From: Azolla caroliniana
Taxonomy: Eukaryota > Plantae > Polypodiophyta
Length of the DNA stretch: 64,000 bases
NCBI GenBank assembly: GCA_043228905.1
Contig: JBHGNT010000007.1
Span: forward strand, 18,662,001-18,726,000
Direction of reading: 5' to 3'
How positions within the stretch are numbered: position 1 is the first letter of the stretch; every line of letters starts with the position of its first letter. Of the stretch, positions 36,933-47,227 are shown piece after piece. The notes beneath the pieces are model-generated. The model had not been told where the DNA came from. It worked only from the letters and a program-made list of their open reading frames with translations, and searched no databases. A program made the translations under genes and the position numbers.

Positions 36933-39900
36933 TGTTGAGAATCAAGCTCAACATAGCACAATGTGTGAACACACCTTTTGAGAATCTATGATTACTCAAA
37001 GGTCAAGAGTCACACCACTACTCTCTACACATTAACTATGTGTCATAGAATCATATTCTATGACACATAACTAATGAGTTACATATTCCCCATGACTATG
37101 AGTCTTCACATTCCCCAAGACAGAGAGTGGTTGTTGTAAAGTTAATGAAGAGAGAGGGTGACTCTATATAAAGCACCCTCCTCATACTTCATACTAAGTC
37201 GGTTGTGACTCCTTGTTATGCTAAATTTTGTAAATCTCATTCTACTTGTGAAATATACACCTTCTTCTTGAGTATTCTATTTTCCTATCATTTATCTATC
37301 TTGAGTTCTCTTTTCTCTCCACTCTTCTTCTCTCACACATATACGCGCATAACACACATCTATTCTGCTACACAACAATCACCATTGATTCTTTACATGG
37401 TATCAGAGTGATTTGGTAGCTCGATCTAGCCCACTCGCCTCATCGTGATTGTGTGTTGTGCTCTACGCCGACGTTCAAGAAGAACCGGCTCATCGCTATC
37501 GTAGTGCGACTACATAGCTCATGTTCGAGAGAGAAGGAAAAGAAAAGAAGGAAGAAATCTACATCGAAAATGAATACTCAAATGGGGAGCGCTCTCCCTA
37601 GCGAGAAGTTGGATCGCAAAAACTTTGCATCTTGGGAGTACAAGATGCACCAATACCTTGTCGGCCAAGGCTATTGGAGCTACATCAAAGGAGCACAAGA
37701 AAATCAGCCCAACCCGGAAGACGCTTACTATGCAACGTGGGAGCAAGCGGCAAGCCGAGTGATGTATTTCTTGGCGACATGTGTTCACGACCACATGCTC
37801 GGGTACATTCGAGAAGCCAAGACGCCGAAGGAAGTGTGGGAGAATCTACGAAAGATTTTCACCGCCAACACTACCGCGAGAAAGCTTCAACTCCGCTAAG
37901 AGTTGAAGCATGTCAGTCACGACCTACACCTTGAAGATCAAGGAGCTTTGTGATTCGCTCGGCTCGATAAGCGTAAACGTGGAGGATGATGAGATGGTGC
38001 AAGTATGTCTCGGCGGCCTTGCACCACGATTCGGCGCGATGCGGACCGTCGTACTAGCACGGGAGAATCCGCCCTCCTTCTTCGATCTTCAATCCATGTT
38101 GTTGGTCGAAGAGAATCATGTTCGAACGAGGAGCAACGCCTCGGAAGGCCACATGCTCTACACACATTCAGACGAAGGAAGAGGACGCGACCGTGCAAGA
38201 AGAGGCCGATTTGGCCAAGGACGAGGCGGACGAGGCCCAACTTACGAAAACAACTCACAATTCTGGCATCAAGACGGAAGCCATCAAGGAACCTTTGGAA
38301 GAAGGGGGAGCTTCCATTCCGGTCCGAGTCGACAAAACTCAATTGAATGCGGATATTGTGGAAAAATCGGCCACCGCGAAGAAGAGTGCCGAAAGAAGAT
38401 GCGTGAGTCGGTTTCCACTAGTCGACAACTCACCAATTACGCCGCCGACTCCGAGTACAACGACTATGGTGGATTATTCGTAATGAGACATAGAGAGAAT
38501 TCTATGTTGGCCTCTACTTCTACTAGTGCCTCCGGTTCGGAAGACGTATGGTTCGTCAATTCCGGTGCCTCGAACCATATGACATCACATCAAGAATGGT
38601 TCCAAGAACTTCGAGAGCCGGACCGACCCGGCTATGTCAAAACCGGAGACGACACTACGCACCCAATTCGGCACATCGTCAAAGTTCCGTTTGGAAAAGA
38701 AGGTAAGTAAAATTACATTAAAAATGTCTTGCATATACCAACCATTACGAAGAATTTGGTTTCCGTCGGCCAAATTGTAGAGCAAGGGATACAAGTTCGA
38801 TTTAATCAAGGCGGTTGCTTCATCGAAAAAGAGGGACGACTCATCGCACGCGGACGAAGAGAGGGCCGAATGTTCATTCTTGTAGAAAGTAACGTGCGGA
38901 AGCAAGTATGAAGACCGAACAGAAGGAAGGAAACTCAGGTTTAATGGAGAGCTTGAGCTTACACGGTATACGCGGGAGAGACAGAGAGAGAAAACACAAA
39001 AAACTATATTCCACAATAATACTCAGTCTGTACATAAGACGTGCTCAGTGAGCACTTTTATACAAGTCCTAGAAGGACTGACCGAAGTACTGACAGTACT
39101 TCAATGCTCATCAAGAGCTCCTACACTAACTCCCAAATATATTCCTCACGGAATATCTTTCCTAACGACCTCCCGGTTTACACACTCGGCCTAACCGATC
39201 GGTCCCAACCGATCCAGCCGATGTTGAGCTTGTCTCTCAACACTCCCCCTCAAGCTCAACTTGAGGCTCTTCGGGATCTTCACAGCACCGATTCCTCCTG
39301 GCTTCTCGCCTCGCTCGCGCTCCTCGACTTGTTCAACTCCGCGCGCTTCGACCCTTCCGGTCCGCTTGTCTGCTCATGTGGCCCTCATCAGCTCTTCTGT
39401 TGTTGCGTTGTTGACGCTTCTTCTGCTGCCTTTTCTTCCGCTTGGGCCTCGGTTGATTCAGCGTGTCTGAATCAAACATCCGAACCGACTCAGTTACCTC
39501 CGATCAGTTTTCGCTCTCGTCCGAGTTGGCTGTCTCCAACTCGTCTTCGGTCTTCTCGCCCTCGATGGCGTCATCCTCCCCATGCGTGGTTGGCTTCGGC
39601 TCTCTCCTTCGGTTGCTCCCCTTCTGTCTGCTTCCGAACTTTTCCGCGGGTCCGCACTTGGCTTCTTCAGCCGATCCGATGTCGAACTTGTCAACCGACT
39701 CGGTGTCACGGTGTCCGCTCCTTTCCTGCTGCCTTGCTTGGTCGTTCGGGACTGTTCTCCCCCTCAAGTTCGGCACGTCAAGGTGACACATCCCGAGCGC
39801 ACCTGAGAATTGCCGCAACTTGTCCAGACCAAGAGGCTTTGTGAAGATGTCGGCAGCCTACCGATCCGTCGGAACGTACTGAAGTTCGACTTCACCGGAA

Positions 39901-40751
39901 AGGACATGCTCACGGACGAAATGATAATGCACCTCAATGTGCTTGGTCCGTGCATGGAAAACGGGGTTCTTCGCGAGCTGGATGCTGCTGAGGTTGTCGC
40001 AGTAGATCGTCGTCGGATCTGACACCTCCTCTTATAGGTCCATAAGTAGCCGCTTCAACCATATGGCTTCGCATGTCGCGACAACCGCTCCTCGATACTC
40101 AGCTTCGGTGCTCGACAGTGCAACTGTCGGCTGCTTCTTACTGCTCCACGCGATCGCGACACTCCCGAGGGAGAACGTGTATCCAGACGTGGATCGGCGA
40201 TCGGCGGCGTTGCCAGCCCAATCAGCATCGGTGTAGCCGACTAACTGCGCGGCTACATCGGTCCGATATAGCAGTCCTCGGTCCTTAGTGCCACTTACGT
40301 ACCGCAGTACGCGTTGCGCACACTGAAGGTGCTCCTCGGTAGGTCGCGCCATGAACTGACTGATTACCCCGACCGGATAACTGAGGTCGGGTCGGGTGAT
40401 GGTCAAGTATATGAGGCTTCCGACAATTTGTCGGAACCTCGTCGGGTCACATACCTTTCCCGTATCGGGACGAAGCTTGATGGTTCTGTCCAGAGGAGTC
40501 GAGACGGACTTACAGTCGGCCATCCCGAGTTTGAAGAGCATACTCAGCACGTAATGACGTTGGCTGATCAATATGCCTTCGGGGGTACGGATCACATCGA
40601 TCCCGAGGAAGTAATGAAGGTCCCCCAGATCCTTCATGTCGAATGATGCCGCAAGCTGGAGCTTCACGCTGTCGTAGTGTAGGTTGCACACTATGTGGAA
40701 ATTATATTTTTGTCCCTCCGGATAGAGAATGGAGTGCTCCGTGAGAACCGG

Positions 40752-40896
40752 AAGAAAACGGCATACCGGCAAAGAGGAAAACGGCATACCGGCAAGGAGG
40801 AAAAACGGCATACCGGCAAGGAGGAAAAACGGCATACCGGCAAGGAGGAAAACGGCATACCGACAAGGAAGAAAACGGCATACCGGCAAGGAAGAG
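40752..40896. repeat. 23-24-bp tandem repeats in the E LTR (6 copies; 5 copies at ~47297-47417)
   Basis: Unit AAAACGGCATACCGGCAAGGAGG. Confidence 0.95.
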
Positions 40897-41551
40897 CCGG
40901 ATAAAGAGACATAAATGTAAAATAAAAGGAAATACTCACTACTGCGCAGGGCATGATTCGAACTCTGCACCTCCACGTTGACAAACCCCAACCTTACCAT
41001 TACATTAAATTATCTTAAGTGTTTTAAATATAGATTTAATATGTATAAGACCTTTATTTATGCATACCTTTATTAAAAGGTAAATCGTGTATTTTTTTAA
41101 TATATGAAAAAGAAAAAACACGAGACACTAAAAATAACTCATGCACATCTAGCGTGCATGAGCCCTATACTTAGGAAATAAAAAAGCATCACATGCACAT
41201 TTAGTGGACATGAACACTTTTTGTAAAAAAAAAGCATGAAGCCATGCTTAGCTCTTCCTTCCATATATAAGGAGGAGAGAAATATGTAAAGGGTTGTTGA
41301 TTATTTGGATTATGTATTAATCAATACAAAAATTATTCGTGGGATTCACGATTTATACATCTACTTCTCTCTTAACACCCTAAGTACCAATTAATATAGT
41401 ATACTCGTGTGATTCACGAGTTTCTTATCTTTCTCTTTGCTATTTACTCATAATTAATCTCTATCTCACGAACTTCTTTCTCCTAGTCCAAGACCTCTGT
41501 GGTTCCCACCCGACTCACGCAACGATCCGGAGCCGAAAGGCACGACACAGT

Positions 41552-41568
41552 TGGTGAACCCGACGTGA
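41552..41568 (+). promoter_or_regulatory. PBS complementary to tRNA-Trp
   Basis: TGGTGAACCCGACGTGA is the reverse complement of the plant cytosolic tRNA-Trp 3' end (recalled sequence); 4 nt from the LTR edge. Confidence 0.85.
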
Positions 41569-41585
41569 AAACGGGTGGCAAGGAG

Positions 41586-43625
41586 ATGGAGGCTCAACAA
41601 GCTAACAATATGATGGCGATGTTCGAACGGATGCTTCAAGAACAACGCACGATGTCGGAGATTTCGGCATCAGTAGAGCGGCTCGTGCAACGCAACGGGC
41701 AATTTAATGGTAAGGATGTGTCGCGATATTTGCAGGATTACAAGGCGGAGATGCTCCGGTGCCGGGCTTCGGAAGGGCTGCAAGTGACATCCTTTAACCA
41801 GGTGGCGACCGACGGGCTTCAAGGGAGTATCCACGGGTTGCAACAACAAAATCCGACGTGGGAAGCATTCGAAGAGGCGTTAAAGACCACGTTTGCCATC
41901 GAGGACTCCTCCAAGGCAACGCGGAGGGGATTCGAGGATTGGGTGGAAACGTCAGGTAAGGGGCTGAAGGTCCTCGAAGTGTTTTCGACATTCGAAAGTC
42001 GGTTCGGGAGGTTGTCCGCGAGAGATCAAACTATTCTTGCACCGGACAAAGTCATCATGTTTTTGCGAGCTGTGGACGTCCAGGACCGGAAAGATCTCGG
42101 AGTGCTTCTTGAGGACACGACCACCGAAAGCGGCCTCACCGAAACATGGGAAAGCGTGCGGGATATCGTCGCGCGGTACACGAAGAGGGGGCAATGGCTT
42201 GCCAACGAAGAAAAGAGGGTTTCGGAACCGATTCCGAAACCGAGAACGGGACTGGAAGACCATCAACCGAGGGCTCGGGAGATTACGGCCGAGAAGGGAG
42301 TCGACGCGTCTACGGTGGAGCAGCTGCTGAAGGAGATGGAGAATCTAAAGATCGCGATGGTGAAGAAGTCGGATGACCGCCCCACAAGCTCCAAATATAC
42401 GGATCGACGATGCATATGGTGCGATAGCGCCGAACACGATCGGAGGGATTGCGACGACCATAAGGAGGCGCTACGACGGGATCTCATCTACTACGAGGGA
42501 AACCGGATTCATTCGATGGACTCTCGGAAGCCACTCCGACCGAACTTCCGGAAAGGCGGCATGAAGAAGGTGCTCGAGGAGGAGTTAGCGGCAAGAAGCA
42601 ACTATGCGACAACCGCGGGAATATGTGTCGGGGAGTCATCGGGAACGAAGGCGTCTTTCTGGCCGGAGGTGCTAGGAAACGCCGAGAAAACCGACTCCAA
42701 CGATATCCGAAACACCGCGGAAGGCGTCCGGGAAGCTACGGGATGGGAGTGCCCTGTCGACAAGAATAGCATATACGCCCTGTGTCAATTACATGAGGTG
42801 TATGTGGACGAGAAACGACGGCGCACGGAGGATGCGGCCGGACCATCGAAGATACCGGAAAGCTGGAACTCCGGAGGTAAGGGAAAAGAAAAGGCGACTC
42901 CGGCATTCAAGCTCGCCTCGGACATAGAACAACAAACCGACTTGAAAAGAGTGTTCGAGGAAAGAATCTTGGATAGCCGGGTAGATTTTTCGCTGCGGGA
43001 ACTACTCGGAATAGCGAAGAAGGAGTTTCACGATCTTCTCGTGGATCTCGTGAAAAGGAAGAGACAAAGTACGGAGGAAAATGCTCCAAGGGTGAATGCA
43101 AATACCGTTTCAATGAACGACACCGAAGTGGAAGGCGAAATTCCGAACTCCCATTATACAAGGCCACACTGGGCACGTGCGACTACGGAGACTCCGATCC
43201 GAATCGGCAACATCAAAGAACCCGTGCTAGCATTGATTGATCACGGATCGGAGATCAACTTGATGTCCAAGGAGTTCTACCGAAAGGGGAAGTGGCCTAT
43301 AAACACCAACCATGGATGGAAGATTCGGGCAGCCACGAAAACGACAGAAGACCTATTTGCGGCTTGTCCGGATGTGACGGTAAAGATCGGGGATGTCGAA
43401 ATTGACCAAAATTTCTTTGTGCAGGATGAGGTTTCACATTCTGTCATCCTCGGCCAACCCTTTATCACGGCTTCACGGATGGAGACGAAGGTGCTCGATA
43501 GTGGTGCGGCTTTTGCGCGAATTCGGAGCCAAAACGGAGGGAAATCCGTCCAATTCCTAACGGTGCCGGCAAATCACGAAAGGAACAAGAGGGAACTCTT
43601 GTCCCAAGTGAGAATGGATTTTTAA
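41586..43625 (+). CDS. gag: E ORF1: Gag plus aspartic protease
   Basis: First in-frame ATG after the PBS. CIWCDSAEHDRRDC knuckle, LIDHGSEINLM and ILGQPF protease motifs. Confidence 0.9.
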   Translation: MEAQQANNMMAMFERMLQEQRTMSEISASVERLVQRNGQFNGKDVSRYLQDYKAEMLRCRASEGLQVTSFNQVATDGLQGSIHGLQQQNPTWEAFEEALKTTFAIEDSSKATRRGFEDWVETSGKGLKVLEVFSTFESRFGRLSARDQTILAPDKVIMFLRAVDVQDRKDLGVLLEDTTTESGLTETWESVRDIVARYTKRGQWLANEEKRVSEPIPKPRTGLEDHQPRAREITAEKGVDASTVEQLLKEMENLKIAMVKKSDDRPTSSKYTDRRCIWCDSAEHDRRDCDDHKEALRRDLIYYEGNRIHSMDSRKPLRPNFRKGGMKKVLEEELAARSNYATTAGICVGESSGTKASFWPEVLGNAEKTDSNDIRNTAEGVREATGWECPVDKNSIYALCQLHEVYVDEKRRRTEDAAGPSKIPESWNSGGKGKEKATPAFKLASDIEQQTDLKRVFEERILDSRVDFSLRELLGIAKKEFHDLLVDLVKRKRQSTEENAPRVNANTVSMNDTEVEGEIPNSHYTRPHWARATTETPIRIGNIKEPVLALIDHGSEINLMSKEFYRKGKWPINTNHGWKIRAATKTTEDLFAACPDVTVKIGDVEIDQNFFVQDEVSHSVILGQPFITASRMETKVLDSGAAFARIRSQNGGKSVQFLTVPANHERNKRELLSQVRMDF

Positions 43626-43679
43626 AGCGGACTGTTGCGGAGTGGGGAAGTGATAGTCCGAGAAGCCCTGATACCCCAC
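43616..43679 (+). promoter_or_regulatory. -1 frameshift signal (G GAT TTT plus pseudoknot)
   Basis: 11-bp stem at 43628-43660; loop GTGGGG pairs with CCCCAC at 43674-43679. Confidence 0.78.
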
Positions 43680-46600
43680 ACAAGAAGAAAACTCTCGGAG
43701 CAAAACAAGTACGAATCGGCCCGGATGGGGCATCTACGTACACGGCCGTAACCGGAGGAATGAAGAAACAATACCGACAAGTGGAGGATAAGTTACGGTC
43801 GGCATCAATAATAAAAGAAGACGAAGAAATCGTGGGAGTGATCGAGGAAGTGTTCTATGGGAATACACTACAACGGCTTGAAGAGCTTGCGGAAGATAAA
43901 AGCCAAGGGAACCGGGTAGTCCCGGTGGAATCAGTCGAGATGTACGAGATCGTTGCGAAAATGGGGCCGGATGCGCTCCGCAAAGAAGAAGCAATGGTAA
44001 GTACGAAATACAAGACCGTGGAGAAGAAGGTGAAACCGGCCGCGGGACCACTACCCGCCGATAGCGAACAAAAGAAGAAAGAAGTCTCGGGAGATCCGAC
44101 ACTTCGGAAGACCGTGGATATCGGACATGCCTTCACAGATGAGACCCGGAAGAAACTTCGGATCGGTGGAGGTGGGTTCCTCTTACAAGAAGAAGAAAAA
44201 CGGTTTCGAGAGATGTTGGAGCAACATGGCAAAGCATTCGCGTTCACATCGAGGGAGATCGGATGCATTGATCCAAAGATAGTGGAGCCGATGGTGATTT
44301 TCACGATTGATCATGTACCGTGGAACCTGAAGCCGATTCCGGTGCCACGGGCGCATATTCCGAAAGTCATCGACTTGCTCAAGGAGAAGGTGGCGATGGG
44401 GATTCTAGAGCCATCAAGTGCTCCGTACTCAAATCGATGGTTTACGGTTCCGAAGAAGAATGGGTCACTCCGATTCATCCAAGACTTGCAACCGGTGAAC
44501 AAGGTCACGATCCGGAACTCGGGAGTCGGTCCGATAGTGGACGAATTCGCGGAAGCTTTTACCGGACGTGCGATATACTCCATCGGGGACCTATACTCGG
44601 GGTATGACCAATTCCAACTAGCCGTGGAGAGCCGAGACATCACTACCATGCGGACACCGATAGGACTAGTTCGAATGTGCACACTACCACAAGGAGCGAC
44701 AAACTCGGTTGCACATATGATGAACGCGATGAACAAGGTGCTTCGAGATTGCATCCCGGAGATAACGATGCCGTTTCTAGATGACATTCCGATGAAAGGA
44801 TGCGTGGTGGAAGAAAAAGATGAGACTATGGATGATCGGGGATGCCGAAAGTTCGTGGTCGACCATATTCATGATTGCGAGAAAGTGTTGCGAAAGCTAG
44901 AAGATGTGCACCTAACACTTTCCGGGGAGAAATCGGCATTCGGGCAAGAAGAAATATTGGTGGTCGGACATCTATGTGGACCCTACGGCCGAAGACCGTC
45001 ACCAACAAAGATCGATGCGATTCAAGCTATGAAGGAAGTATGTGAGTCAACATCGGAAGTCCGAAGGTTTCTGGGTGCGTGTGCATTCTATCACATATGG
45101 ATTCCGCACTATGCACATATAGCGGACCCGCTCTATCACTTGTTGCGGAAAGGTAAGAAATTCGAGTGGAAACCGGAACACACTAAAGCCATGAGGAAGC
45201 TCAAGAAGACACTATGGAGGGCGGAATCACTTAAGAAGCCAAGCTACGAGCGGCCAATCATAGTAACGGTTGATACAAGTCCAACCGGTATCGGGTGGGT
45301 CATCAATCAAGCCGACTCGGATGGTTCGCGGTATCCGATCCGATTTGGAGCAAAGGTCCTCAACGAAAGGCAACGCGGATATGCACAAGTCAAAAGAGAA
45401 TTGTGGGGAGTCGTGTCGGCGATAAAATCGGATCGGGATTATTTGATCGGAGCTGAAGTGGTGATCGAGACGGATTGTCTTCCGATACTCGGGATGATGC
45501 GGTGTTGTACGATACCGGATGTGGCTATGCTAAGGTGGATTGCATATGTCAAGTCACTTAATCCGGAGGTTCGACACATCTCGGGGAAGGACAACGCGGT
45601 AGCGGACATGTTATCGAGGGCGCGGTTTGAAGACGACATAACCGAATCAGATAATGAAGAAGTTTCCGAAGACTACTTCACGTCAGAACACATATGCCGA
45701 GTGAACGTGATCCGAGAATTCCGGGAAGAAGAATACGAGGGGGAAACCTTGATGATCGGGAAGATGCTACAAGAGGTCGAGGATTCAACCAATGATAAAG
45801 AAAGGAGAGCCGAGATCCGAAGGAAGAAGAGGCAAGTCCAAAAGTTCTTCTTGGAAAACGGTTTAATATGGAGGACGCCGAAAAGACCGGATGGGATACC
45901 ACTTCGAGTAGTCGGGACGAAAGAGCAACGAAACCGGATAATGTCCGAGTTCCACGAATCCGATTGGGCTGGACATCGAGGAACATGGGCAACTTTTGTG
46001 AAAATCAAGCAAAGATATTGGTGGAAGAACATGTATAAAGATGTCGCGGAGTTCACAGAAAGCTGCGAGAAATGTCAAGTCTACTCCGGGGTCCGACACC
46101 GAGATGAGTTGCATCCAACATTCTCACCGACAATCAACTTCAAGTGGATGGTCGACATTGTAGCTATGCCGACCGGGATTGGACAAAAGAAATACTTGGT
46201 GTTAGCTCGAGAAGATCTCACAAACCAAGTTGAAGGTCGATCGCTTCGGAGGAAAACGTGTGCCGCGGTGTGCCAATTTCTTTTGGAAGAAGTGTTTTGT
46301 AGGTACGGTTGCGTAGGACAAGTGATTGCGGACCGGGGAGAACTCGACTCGGACAAAGCTAGGGGATTCTTCGCCAAACATGGGGTTCGGTTAACGTTGA
46401 CAACGGCCTACAATCCGGAGGCCAACGGGAAGATCGAACGAGGACATAGTCCGATCGTGAAAGCACTTGCGAAGGCATGCGACGGAAGGATGAAGGATTG
46501 GCCACAAAAGCTTCCGTATGCACTATGGGCGGATCGGACGACGGATAGCTCCGTGACCGGTTACATGCCGGCAGAACTCATGACCGGACAAGCACCGGTA

Positions 46601-47227
46601 ATGCCAACGGAAACCGCAATCGCGACATGGACAATACTACCGTGGAAGGAAGAGATGAGCCGGGAAGAACTACTAGCGGTCCGGATACGACAACTGGAGG
46701 GAAGACCGAAAGATGTAGCGGAAGCGTCACGCCGACAACAAGAAGCACGGTTCCGGAACAAAAGCCGGTTCGACACAAAGCACCGACTACGACCGAGGAG
46801 GATTGAAGAAGGAGATTGGGTGATCGTCTATGATAGTAGCTTGGACCATCAACATACAACGATGCGGAAATTCGCGAAAAGGTGGTTCGGGCCGTACGAG
46901 GTTCGGAAGGTCTTCGACAACGGGACGTACCGACTGTCCGAGTTGGATGGAACAATACTACGAGTGCCTATAGCCGGGAAGCGGGTGAAGATTTTCAAGA
47001 AGCGGACCGACGACAAACCTTATGTGATCCAAGTCGAGGCCGACAACGAGGAGCAATCGGACGAAGACCACAATGATGCGGGAAGCGAAGAAAGTGGATT
47101 ACAACTCATAGTCGACATAAGGGGAGAATCGGAGGAAGCTTCGGATGAAGACGGATACGAAGAATCAAGAACTTCGGCACATACCGGAGGATGTGCGGGT
47201 TTGGAGGGGGCGAGTGTCGTAGTGTAG
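43616..47227 (+). CDS. pol: E ORF2: RT-RNase H-integrase, probably reached by -1 frameshift
   Basis: Frame is open from the GGATTTT site through ORF 43760..47227. Motifs FLDD, VDTS, H..H..CEKC, D-D-E, WFGPY; acidic tail and no chromodomain. Confidence 0.92.
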   Translation, partial: GFLKRTVAEWGSDSPRSPDTPHKKKTLGAKQVRIGPDGASTYTAVTGGMKKQYRQVEDKLRSASIIKEDEEIVGVIEEVFYGNTLQRLEELAEDKSQGNRVVPVESVEMYEIVAKMGPDALRKEEAMVSTKYKTVEKKVKPAAGPLPADSEQKKKEVSGDPTLRKTVDIGHAFTDETRKKLRIGGGGFLLQEEEKRFREMLEQHGKAFAFTSREIGCIDPKIVEPMVIFTIDHVPWNLKPIPVPRAHIPKVIDLLKEKVAMGILEPSSAPYSNRWFTVPKKNGSLRFIQDLQPVNKVTIRNSGVGPIVDEFAEAFTGRAIYSIGDLYSGYDQFQLAVESRDITTMRTPIGLVRMCTLPQGATNSVAHMMNAMNKVLRDCIPEITMPFLDDIPMKGCVVEEKDETMDDRGCRKFVVDHIHDCEKVLRKLEDVHLTLSGEKSAFGQEEILVVGHLCGPYGRRPSPTKIDAIQAMKEVCESTSEVRRFLGACAFYHIWIPHYAHIADPLYHLLRKGKKFEWKPEHTKAMRKLKKTLWRAESLKKPSYERPIIVTVDTSPTGIGWVINQADSDGSRYPIRFGAKVLNERQRGYAQVKRELWGVVSAIKSDRDYLIGAEVVIETDCLPILGMMRCCTIPDVAMLRWIAYVKSLNPEVRHISGKDNAVADMLSRARFEDDITESDNEEVSEDYFTSEHICRVNVIREFREEEYEGETLMIGKMLQEVEDSTNDKERRAEIRRKKRQVQKFFLENGLIWRTPKRPDGIPLRVVGTKEQRNRIMSEFHESDWAGHRGTWATFVKIKQRYWWKNMYKDVAEFTESCEKCQVYSGVRHRDELHPTFSPTINFKWMVDIVAMPTGIGQKKYLVLAREDLTNQVEGRSLRRKTCAAVCQFLLEEVFCRYGCVGQVIADRGELDSDKARGFFAKHGVRLTLTTAYNPEANGKIERGHSPIVKALAKACDGRMKDWPQKLPYALWADRTTDSSVTGYMPAELMTGQAPVMPTETAIATWTILPWKEEMSREELLAVRIRQLEGRPKDVAEASRRQQEARFRNKSRFDTKHRLRPRRIEEGDWVIVYDSSLDHQHTTMRKFAKRWFGPYEVRKVFDNGTYRLSELDGTILRVPIAGKRVKIFKKRTDDKPYVIQVEADNEEQSDEDHNDAGSEESGLQLIVDIRGESEEASDEDGYEESRTSAHTGGCAGLEGASVVV

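Noticed and set aside
39041-39844. 267-aa antisense ORF (and 49637..50428 and similar) as an extra or env-like gene
   Set aside because: Starts inside an LTR or shadows pol on the opposite strand; no recognisable domain; not conserved in sister elements.
40752-40896. CRISPR-like short repeats (also 18060-18333 and 53775-54050)
   Set aside because: Head-to-tail or degenerate repeats without unique spacers, inside retrotransposons; no cas genes; eukaryotic context.
40032-41000. 322-aa ORF with a hydrophobic repeat N-terminus
   Set aside because: Chance fusion of E LTR repeats with D RT/RNase H across the insertion junction.
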